Made by a program: the position numbers and the translations under genes
Shown here: piece by piece, positions 14,969 through 27,248 of the stretch
Layout of the letters: every line of letters begins with the position of its first letter
Numbering within the stretch: position 1 is the stretch's first letter
The notes under the pieces: generated by a model
The model's database searches: none
The model's input: the letters and a program-made list of their open reading frames with translations, nothing else
Told to the model about the DNA's origin: nothing
From: Chrysomallon squamiferum
Lineage: Eukaryota > Animalia > Mollusca
Length of the DNA stretch: 64,000 bases
Assembly: GCA_012295275.1 (NCBI GenBank)
Contig: CM022677.1
Location: forward strand, 17,918,001 to 17,982,000
Reading direction: 5' to 3'

Positions 14969-17900
14969 TTGACTAAAAAAATTTTTGTCCTGTTTATTTA
15001 CATTTTTTCTCACTTTTTCTTTTTTTTTCTTATTGTTGAGGAAAGATTTATATTTTATTAACAGCACAAAAAAAAAAAAAAAAAAAAAAAAATAAAATAA
15101 AATAAAAAATTCTATTTTACAAAGGGATGTCATTTAGAATTTCATGAGTTTATACATAGCTTGGACTGTCACAATAATTCCGACATAATGACAACTGAGA
15201 AAGAAAGAAAAAAAAAAAAAAAAAAAAAAAAACGTCCTTCGATTCCATTTGTAAGTTTATAGCCCAATTTTCAGTTCTTTGTAATTTTCAGTGTCATTTG
15301 ATGACACACATGCTACTTTTACTTCCCGTATCATGGAATCAAAAAAAAAAAAAAAAAAAAAAAATGAAGGTTAGTATGTTTGTGCTGTGGGTTTTTTCAG
15401 CACAGCCACACGAACACAGGATATTGCGGTTGTCATGGAAATGCTCCCAATTTTTAAAGGATTTGTCGTTTTTCTCTTTTATTGCAGGGTTTTGAAAACG
15501 GTTTATTAAAAGTCATGGGAAAAGCTATGCCCAAACCCAATGCTGTGAGTATGGAAGGTGCCTGTCGCCATGGCAACAGTCACAACGGCGTCACCGTGTC
15601 TACGTAGCATGCTACTACTACTACTACTACTACAAGCATCGTCAACAGCAGCAGCAGTCGCTCATCACTGTTTATTTTTGTTTATCATCTTCTTCTACGT
15701 CTTCACTTTTTTTTTACCATGTAATGAGCCTCAGTGAAAATTCTTTATAGTTTCTGAATAGATTTCTGAGCTAAAAATATTTCCAAAAAAATGTTTTTTG
15801 ATAATAAGAAATAATGTAATAATGGATTATAGAAATAACAAGATGCGTTTAAGTTAAATTAATAATAAAAGTGAAATAAATTACTTTTAATTATGATTAC
15901 TTTTAATTTTTTATTTATTTTAGATATCATTTTATAAAACATATATCACACTGTTTAGATATATTTTGTTTTTTTGTTTATATAAACACAGAATTGTCAA
16001 GAAATGATAAAGAATTTTGTTTTTGAGGCTTATATTTTTTTTTATCAATTTCACATTTCTTATTTTTTCATATCAGCCTTTCCAATCGTTGTGGTTATTT
16101 AGGTCAGGGCAGATAACTGATCATTATGTGTGAATAATAGAATAGAGTTACGTCCCTTGTACACTGTAAAAAAAGTGAATTATATATTTAATTTTATAAT
16201 TAAAGTAATTACTTTGAATAAAACCATGATCATTAGTGTTTGTTATAAATAATGAAATAATAATAAATATATATATATAAAAGAATTAATAAAAAAGAAA
16301 AATCAAAGAAAAAGGACAATTTTAATTTGCTATATAAGCTGATAAAACGTTTTTATAAGCTTTTGTTACTAATTTTTGTTAATTATTCATTTTAATAGTA
16401 CAATTAAAACTTAAGACAAAATTAGTCTATGAATTGAAAGCTAGCTCTGCCTAAATACCGTTTTTTAATGGCAGACGTGATCACTTGGCTGTCACATGAC
16501 CTTCTATAAGCACAGTGATTGGTTTCTCTGGAGGCTGCCAGCATGTAGATGTTTTCATACAGAGACACCTCATCACAAAGAACCAAAAAAAAAAAAAAAA
16601 AAAAAAAAAAATTACAGGAAGAAGCCAGAAAAAAAAAAAACGGCAGAGAAATAAAATAGGCCGGTTGTTATTCAACCTGCCACATCACAGCCACTTCACT
16701 GCACTTTTTTCATTGCAGGGATACGAAGGGTCACTTCTAAAGGTCACCAATAAAAATGGCAAAAACACGTCAGTAAGTATCTCACAATGTTGTCACAGGA
16801 AAGCTTCGACATTGTTTACGCTATAATCATATTTAGTTTGCTTCTTTTTCTTCCTTTTCTTCTTCTTCTTCTTCTTCATGATATTTTGCCCATTGCTAGC
16901 ATTATATTCAGCCTGTAGTAGTTGGGTAGGTTAGGTAGAATTATCTTAGTTGTGTAATAATATCAAATATGGATGAATTCTGATTTGGGATGACTTAGTT
17001 TGGACAGAAGTGGTAGAGGTACAGTTATTTGCGGGATGAAATACTGGGCAAGGACAAACTGTAATGGGATGACTTAGCATGGATCAAGTTTGGTCAGAAT
17101 TGGTATGGAGAATGAAATGTTGGGTTATGGATAAGTTATGGCTGAGTTATTATGGTATGAGTTTGTATTAGGACAAGTTTGGAAAGAATCAGTAAAGATA
17201 ACAACTAACATGGAAATGGATTTTTTCTAGGTAAAGTTAAGAAAGGGAAAGGAGTTGATGGAAGTTTAGATAACAAGAAATTTGATGGGAAAAGAAATCA
17301 TCAATGTAGTATTTTTCCATCTTCAAAATATTGCCCATCATTTTGGTCGTCTTTTGTTTTAGGTCAGTTTATGTATAAGGCTTATAATGTAGTCCACAAT
17401 GGTTCAAATCATATCATACAATCCTTTTTACCTTTATATATCTTTGTTTTGTTCTATTCACAGGATATTACAAGTCTATTTATGTTAAGCCTAATATTTT
17501 TGATATTCCAAGAATTTTGTAAGAAAAAACATCCCCAATTCCTCAATCATTTAAACCTCAGTATAAGGTTCAAGGACACGTGAGCTAGAATCCAAAGTTT
17601 CTCCTTTTATATCCAGGATAATATTATCTTGGCCGAAAACCCAGAGTTTCTTTGTCTACTGAAGATAATACTAACTGTTAGCATGTTAGGGTGTTAGCAA
17701 GGAAAATATAAAGAGAGAGAACACTGTTAAAGGATTTATTTGTGAACTTCAGTAAATTCTGTGACTGGTTCTAGGAATAAATGGGTATAGTATTCTTATA
17801 TGTATGTACCCAGTAATAATTGCTTGGCCTTTCTGAGTAAGCTCTGAGTGTAGGCCAGGCCTGTTGTTTGATCCAGTTAACTAGCAGAGGTGAAGCTTGT

Positions 17901-19535
17901 GAGAGTGATGAAGAAGTTTCTCAATAAAAGACCTCGCACATGCAAATACAGTTGCCTTTTGTTCTGCACTTGATATCAAGACGCGCACACACATACACGC
18001 ATATCTCTACACACAATATTTTGTTACGAGTCGCACACTTGGATATAAATTGGTGTTCTACACATTTCAGGTTCACAGAAGTCTTTTGGAAACAACAACA
18101 AGAAAAAGATTCTCTCTGAACATTTTTCAAATTCACAAAAAAAAAAGAAAATAAAAAAAGGAAAGAAATCCTGTTCTTTTAAAAAAAAATGTATTCTTAA
18201 AGACGATACCCACTTTGATGTTGCACTTCACACATAAAATCCATGCTTTTATTCTTCTTTTGTGGAATGGATCCTTAGATAAAACGAATCCAGGACAAGA
18301 ATATTTGTATTATAAACCTTTTAGAAGTCGTTAATTTAGCAACTCTTGTTAGAACTATGGTGCAATGTGGTTTGTCAGCAAGGTGTTTTATATCTATTTT
18401 TTTTTGTTAGGTATTTTAAGTCTCTATCTGTGGCTTATGATTTTGATGTATTGTTTTTCCCGTTCCAACCAAAGCTCTGTTGATGGTTATTTAGTTCTTT
18501 GTTATAATTATCAGTGGGGTGAAAATAAGAGATTCCTTACTGTTAATAGTGGTTTTCTGTGCAGATTAAAATACATGAATTTGTTGTCAGTATTAATTTT
18601 TAAAAATATGAAGGTTTTTTTTTTCTGTTTTTTGTTTTTTTTTTCCAAACTGTTTTATACTTGGTCAATGTATCTGATGGTCAATGTATCTGATAGTCAC
18701 TGGTTGATTTATTTGGGTTTTTTAAAAATCAAAATATTTATTTATCTGCTTACTTACTTGTATATTATTGTGTACACACACACACACACACACACATGCA
18801 CAAACACATTTGATAATCATTGATTGATTTATTATTATTATTATTATTATTTATTTATTTTTAATTTATTTTTACCATCCAAATATTTATTATTTACTGA
18901 TATTATTACTATTTATTTATTTATTTGTTTGTTTATTCAAGCATTATTTACATCTAATGTGTTGTTGTTTTTTCGCAGCCTGTTGGATTTGTTACATTTT
19001 CTTCACGTGTATCAGCAGAAACAGCTAAACAGGATTTACAGGTGAGAAATATTTATATCTAATTACAGGTAAATTTTATCTACCTATCTCTATCTAGGTA
19101 TCTATTATTACTTATCTATTTCTCTACCTATCAGATTGCCTTTTTGAATATCTCTGTGTAACTGAACATTTATAGAGATACATATTTGTCTACCTTTCGG
19201 TATATTTATTTATCCATCTCTCTATCTGTGGTGAGTCATATATATCAAATGATCAGAACTATATCTTATAACATGATCAGTATCATATCTTATAAAATTG
19301 TCTGTTTCTGTCTGTCTGTATGTCTTTTCTCTTGTCTGTCCAAGCACCAAAGTGTTTAACGTTCTGTATTTTACATCTGTAATTCTCAAATAATTTAATT
19401 TTTATTTTACAATCTCTTATTTTTTTTATTTCTGTATTTACCATCATTCCATCAGTTCATCCTTAAATTTTAAATTTATTCTTTAAATTATTTTTAAATT
19501 CATTTCTTTTTCATCTTCAATTTTAATTTTTTTTT

Positions 19536-19566
<31 letters not shown>

Positions 19567-20347
19567 CTAGGGTGTCAGATTTGATCCTGACCTGCCACAA
19601 ACTTTGAGACTTGAGTTTGCCAAAAGTAACACAAAGGTTACGAAGCCCAAGCAGCAGTCGCCCCAGCCTGCCGCGACACACCCGACAATCATACACCCAC
19701 TTACTGGGCGTGAGTATTTCACCTGTCAATCAAACAGCTTCAGCCAATCAAAACATATGTTGTTATTAACAGTTATGTGCACGATAGTTAAGTAGCTGAA
19801 ACAAATAGGGGAAATGTGTGTTTGATTATAATGCAATGAAGAAATCACACACACACACACACACACACACACAACACACACTCAAACACACACATACACA
19901 CATCATGTAGTTTTATCCAGTAAGAATTATTATAAAATTTATGTTATAAAAGCAGACATAATCAGTTAGAAAATAGTACATTTTAAACATTTAACATAAA
20001 TTATGTGTCTGAATGTACTTTTCTCTTTTGTTTTTTTTTTTTTTTTTGGTTTAGAATTTCAGTCTGCTGAATATAACATTTAATATTTAATCTGAAATAA
20101 AATCAAAAGTAACTTTATAGTCTGAGAATGAAAACTGATACAAGAATGTTTTAGTAGCAGAAGTAGGATGTCATTTTTGCAGCCATGTTGATTAATTAGT
20201 CACTTCCTGTTACAACGTACTATTTACTAAAGGACTAGGTTAAATTAATTTGGACGAATCCAAGTTGGATTAATTTTATGTTTGTGTGTTAGTGTACATC
20301 TGGCGAAGACATTATCTGTATAGCAATAATAATAATAGTGATAGAGC

Positions 20348-20385
<38 letters not shown>

Positions 20386-20721
20386 GCAGAAGAGGTGGTA
20401 ATGATAGTGGTAGTAGTTGTATTTGTCGTGGTGGTGGTGTTAGTGGTAGTAGCAGTAGTCACTGTAGTAGTAATATGATAAGAAATGTGTAAATTAAATT
20501 CAAATATATATAATATTGACGATGATGTAAACAAACAAATAAATAAATAAATAAATAAATAAAACCTGACAAAAATTTACTATTTATTAATAAATACACA
20601 CTTCAGTTTAAGATGCCAAGTAAATATAAGAATTTGTTGTTTCAGTTTATATATTAATAATTTATTTAACATTCTACGTTAAGGTTATAGGTTTTCTTAG
20701 TTTAAATCATTATAATTGCAA

Positions 20722-20763
<42 letters not shown>

Positions 20764-20911
20764 AAAATCGTAAGCACCATCTGCCAATAAAGTAAATTTG
20801 AACTGTTTTTTTTCTTTAAATCTGTTTTTATCTTAATTGATTTTGAACAACAGTTACCATAGTAACCATATATTACTGCTCTTACTATCCAGTAAGAAAG
20901 AAAATTAAAAT

Positions 20912-20964
<53 letters not shown>

Positions 20965-23116
20965 CAGGAAGAAAAGGAAAAAGAAGAAATTAAAAAAAAG
21001 GGTAAAAAAAAAGAAAAATAGAAAAAAAAAAAAAAATAATATTCTGTTGTTCATTTACATGAAATAATCAAATCAATTTGATTTAATTAAATAAAGATTA
21101 AATTCTTTAAACGTTCAAAGCCTGTTGAAATTCATTAAGTACAGAATTTTCAAATTAATTCTTCTTATACAGTTGGTTAATCGATTATACTGGGATTGTA
21201 CTTATGTTCAAGTGAGCCTTTCCTGGGCAGGTACTGACTGCCACACACAGTGTTATGTTAGTTTGTAAAAAAAAAAAAAGTATAGAAGGCTTTATTTTAA
21301 GTAACAATAATGTTACTGTGCCAGAAGGTTAATTATAAAAAAAAGAGTGATAAATTGGAATTTAAAAAATCTGTCTTCTGTAAAGAATAGAGTTAGTATG
21401 TTATAGTGTTAGTTATAGAAAATACAGTGAAATTACAATACAGATGGCTTTCTTTTAGATATCAGTACTCACTGTTTTAGAATGATAATATTAATGACAG
21501 TGATATTAGAATAGAGAAAAATGTGTTTTATGTAAAGAACTGGGTTAGTAAGTTAAAGAATTAGTTATGAAAAAAAAGAGCAGTCCATTTATAATGTAGA
21601 AGCCTCGATTTTAGTAACAATGGTGTTAAAATGTTAGTAGGTGAAAGACAAGGGAATGAATTTCAATAGAAAATACACACATATATATATCAATTAATTA
21701 AATTAATGTCTTTAGAAGAACTTAAAGATTAGTATTTGTTTTTTCTTATAAACATGTCTACACTGAAATGTCTGGTGTTAATACCTTCAGCATTTTAACC
21801 CTTTGTGTGTTGAAACTGATCAAAACATTCTAAATATTTTTATCAGTTGCTTCTCTCTACAATATCTCATTTTAGTGATTTGATATAAATTTGTGTGTCT
21901 TTTTGTTTTGTGTGTTAACCCTTTGCTTCCTGTGAGTTCGTTAATTATGCCAGTATAATTAACCCTTTTTCCCTTGTGTCAGTGCTTTGATTTTTCATGT
22001 TAATCCTTTGTGTGTCATATATTATAGTGATTTAAATCATAAAATGTTGATTAATTTTAGCTTTTCTTTTTTTTTTCTTTCTTAATCTATTCTTTTGTTT
22101 TTCAGTAATATATTTATATTAGTAAATGCTATAATGTAGATAAATGTATTCCCATTTCCTGTGTTTTTCTATTATTATTATCCCACCCCATAGCTGTTTG
22201 ACCTTACATGTTTCTTACAACCACCACCTACAAGCCACGCCATTTTGAATCTCTTCTTAATTTCCTTGTTTGTGCACTAACAGTGTAACAGGTGTGCCTG
22301 GCAGCCATGCTAGACAGAAACACACAATTTTAACATTTCTTTAACACTTTCAGAAACAGTGTCAAAACACCATCTTTATGAAATTTACAACCCACATTGC
22401 CATTTTTGGGAAAAAGAAGCACTTGGTAATTTATCTTCACTATGTAAAATAAATCTTTAAAAAAAAACAACAACCACATATTAAATGTACATTCAAACCC
22501 AAATGCTTTCACATATTTTTCAAACCATGCCTATACTCCAACCTTCACTTCATACAGCCAAAACCCTAATACAAATATTTTTTTGACTAAAGCTTTTGCT
22601 TATTAAAATTCTAAATTTTAAAGGTTATGTTTGTTCAAAGCATATAATCTTTGCAAATACTCTCTCCCAAAATGTTATTGTTTTGTATTTATCTATCCTT
22701 TATTTTATAATCATCATTATCATTTTTATTTTTTTATTACTATTATCATCATCATCATCATGATTATTATATAATCGTTATCACTATCATTGTCATTGTT
22801 TCTTATAATTCTCTGTCATGATCATTATTACTATCATTATTTTATTGTCATCATCTTTATTTTTAATGGTCATTACTAATTTTTATTATTTTTAATGCTA
22901 TTATTATTATTATCATTATTATTCAGTCAATTTTTTTTTTTTTTTTACAATTTTCTTCTTTTCAAAATCTCTCTTTCAAAACAACCCATCAATTCTTTTC
23001 CATTCTGGTTTTTTCATTTTTTTTTTTCATTTATTTTAATCAAATAACTTTAAATCAACAGATAACACAATTCACATTTTAACTAGTTTTCACATGTTTC
23101 TCTTCTTTTTTAATAA

Positions 23117-23149
<33 letters not shown>

Positions 23150-23521
23150 AATATATAAATATATATATTTATTTATTTATTTTCCCCCTCTCTCTTTTTT
23201 TTTTTTTTATTTATTTATTTTTTTTTTTTTTTTTTTTTTTTTTTTCTATCTTCACTTGCAGAAGAGTTAGGTACAGCGTTTTTCCCTGGTGCACACGAGG
23301 CGTGGACGCCACACCCACTGGCCCCTTTCCCGGAGTTGACTCCCGCAGCAACAGCCCTACACCACACTGCACTCTTGCAACACCCAGCTCTTGCACAGGT
23401 ACAAGTTCGGGTAAATTGAGCTTTATTCATTATCGCACTGTGCAAAACACTAGCAAAAAAAAACAACACCATACAGCACAATATTAACCTGTTTTTTTAA
23501 TTTAAAATAACTTAATATTTT

Positions 23522-23567
<46 letters not shown>

Positions 23568-23570
23568 TTT

Positions 23571-23601
<31 letters not shown>

Positions 23602-24143
23602 ATTTTGTTGTTTATTTTTAAATTTCTTTAAACATTAGTACGGATAATTTTAAAAATATAAATTTTAAGGAATTTTTAAAAAAGAAACACAAAATGAAAA
23701 AAAAAAAGAAATAAAAATAATAATAATTTATGTATAATTAAATTTTTTATTATTAGATTTTAAAACACTTTACTTTGAAATTTACTTCCTGTAATATTAT
23801 TATTCTTTTTTTTAAAAATAACCCGACACTTACTTTCATATTTTTAATATTTATTTTTAAATACTTTTTAATTATAAAATAACAACAAAACTATTTTTTT
23901 TTTTCTTTATTGCAAATTTAAAGAGCAAATTGGAATTAGAAATTTATTATTAATTACTTTTGTGGCCTAGAATTAGAAGGAAAATATATATATATTTTTT
24001 TCTCCTTCTTCTCTCTAGAAAATATATATATTTAAAGAAAATTATTAATTTTCTCTTTCTCTCTGCCTTTATATATATTTATTTATAAAATATTCAGCTT
24101 ATTATAACATCTATTTATATTTATAACAAACCAAAAGCAATAA

Positions 24144-24174
<31 letters not shown>

Positions 24175-24557
24175 TAATTAATGTTTTTTGGGTTTTTTTT
24201 TCTAATAATAATACTAAGAGGAAGTTGAGCTCAATTTAAGAAAAAATAATAATAATCATAATAAACACTTTGCTTTTAAATTATTAGTAAGTTTTTTTAA
24301 AAGAATTTTATTCATATAAATTAATATCAAAATATTATAGCACTGTTGATATTGTTAGTCTAAATTGGGCCCAACACAAATTTAATTATGACTGACAAAA
24401 CACTACACTATGTATCACTTTGTTAAATGTTTTTGATTTTCTGTGACGTTTTCTGTTTTATTCTAATGACCTGTATGCAAATAAGTGCAAAAACAAGTCA
24501 AGCTGTGCAAAATGTGCAAATATTTGATAATGATTTAAGAACATAATATAAATAGTG

Positions 24558-24592
<35 letters not shown>

Positions 24593-25166
24593 ATATAAAT
24601 TTTAAAATTATTATTTAAGTATTACTGTTTGTTTGTTTATTTATTTATTTATTTATTTTTCCTATATATTGTATTTGATTTTATATTTTTATTTAATTAA
24701 TTTTTTTTTTTTTAGTTTGAGATCAATATGGTTTAAAATCAGTTATTATTGTATTTAAGTTATAGTGGATTAAGAAGCTAACTTTTTTTTTTTTTTTAAT
24801 AATAATTATGAACAAATGACTGAAATGTTTATTCTGAAGGAAAAAAATACAAAATAACAAACCTGCAATATTTTAATAAATATTTGATGCAGTGTTTTGC
24901 ACAGAGGTGATGAAAAAGCTGTCATCTACCAAAACTAAATTTAGTTGTTAAACTAACAATATTTTTTTATATTATTAATTTATTTATGTTTTTTTATTTT
25001 TTATATTTTATTTTTTTAATTAAATTTTAACTAATTTGATGAATTTGTTAATACTGTTAGCATTGTTTAATTACTGTCTTTGTTGTTGTTGTTGTTGTTT
25101 TGTTTGTTTTGACAATTAACACTAACTTCGTTAATAAATATTTAAATATAATTAATATGTTTATAG

Positions 25167-25201
<35 letters not shown>

Positions 25202-25543
25202 TTAAAAATAAATATATTTGTTATAATTAATTTCATTTTCTTTTCTTATATTACATCTTAAATAATGAAAGAAAAAAAGATCTTTAACTGAAACCATGAT
25301 TAATTTGGGTTACATACTGTTCGTCACGGATTAGATTTTTAAACTGCTGTTTATTTTACCACACTGATATGTGAGAATGTTAGAGAACTAATTAGTACTT
25401 GGAGTGTTGGTGTCAAGCTACTCACCCCACCCCACACTTAGGATAAGCTGTTTAGTAATTATGTTAGAATTGTGCGATTGTTTTTGTGTTTATGTGACAC
25501 TTGTTTTTCCCTTGTTTTGTTTTTCTGAGTGTTTTTGTGTGTG

Positions 25544-25588
<45 letters not shown>

Positions 25589-26983
25589 AAGAGAGAGACA
25601 GAGAGAGAGAGAGAGAGATGTGAGAAATAATGTAGACAATGTGGTGTGTGTGAGAGAGACTGACTGACTGACTGACTGTATGATTGAGTTGCAAGGGGTG
25701 CATGCATGTATTTTAGTGTTTGTGTGTTTTTCTAAGCAGCTTTTCGGTTGCATTTTATCAGTTCCTTTTTTTCAATGTTTAAAATGTATATTAGTTTATT
25801 TTTATGTGTTTGTATACAAAAATAATACTGTTACTGTGAATTAATAATTGTTAAAATAATGATTATTTTGTTTTGACATAATACTGATTAGTAAATAAAA
25901 AAGAAAATTTTAAAAATATTCAATATACTTACAAATAGAAGAAATTAATTTATTGCAGTATATTTAAAACAGAAAAATAAATATATAAATAATACTCATA
26001 AAATATTAATGTTAGTAGTAGTAGTAGTAATAATAATAAAATAACAATAATATTAATAATAATATATATATTTTTTTTAAACAAAACCATTTTGCAGTTG
26101 AATATTTTATTTATCCATTCAGACTTTTTCTTCATTTTTTATTCTCGTTTCTTTTTTTACCCTCAAACTATATAAATTTGCAAAACATCTTTCTGTATAT
26201 AAGCTTTAGATAAATTTAGAAATTTGCAAACATTCAACACTGCTTATCTAATTTCCATTCCCAATAATGGTTTCTTTAACACATGCAAAATGCTTGTTAC
26301 TGTACTCTGAGTATAATTAGCATAGTACAAGGTTATCTGGGACATTAAAAGAGCAACACATGCTTACTAGAATTAACTGAACTAGTCTCATGTATTTTGA
26401 GAGTAAAAGAATATCAAAGATAACCAAAATAAAATAATTTAAAAGTTTAAAAAAAATTAATGATTAAAAATAATTTAAAATTTTTTTTTTTTTTTATCAT
26501 GCACTTTTATATTTCAAAAATTAGCAATAAATAAATAAAATAAATATATAAAAGTAAATGAATAACATAAAAGCAGAATAAATAAGTAAATAAATAAATA
26601 AATAAACAGAAGATAGATTAAAAAAAAAAAAAAAAAAAAAAAAGAATTAAAAAAAAAAAAAAAAAAAAAAGAATGAAAAAAAAGAAAAAGAAAATACCTT
26701 ATTGAATTTAGTATTCAGGTAGCTTGAACAGAACTGGTTGTTATGGCAACAGGACTCATAACTAATTCTTGGATAATGAAAAATTCATGAGACTTTGTCT
26801 CAGGTGCTCTTTCAAAAGAAAATACTTAAGTAATGTTATTTAATGCAGTTTTTATGAGAGAAGGCTGTACAAATTTGGAAACAATTTTCTTTTGTTGCAT
26901 CTGGTACATGCCCTTTTTAAATCACCTTTAAATGCTGAGTCTCTTAAATGTATGGAATTCAGTATCATTCTTATTACTATTGC

Positions 26984-27053
<70 letters not shown>

Positions 27054-27212
27054 TAATGTTATTTATTTATTATAGATTTAATTTAAAATTTTTAAAATAA
27101 TGCTTTGGAAATTGGTAATGATAATGATAATTTATAACATTCAAAAATAATTATTTTGTTTAGAATAAAGTATTACAAAAATAATAAGCAAACATTTAAA
27201 TAAATACAAAAA

Positions 27213-27248
<36 letters not shown>

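Noticed and set aside
23302-23487. ORFs of the track overlapping the cpo linker exon (both strands)
   Set aside because: They are in the wrong frame or strand. The phase-1 frame gives the cpo-like peptide.
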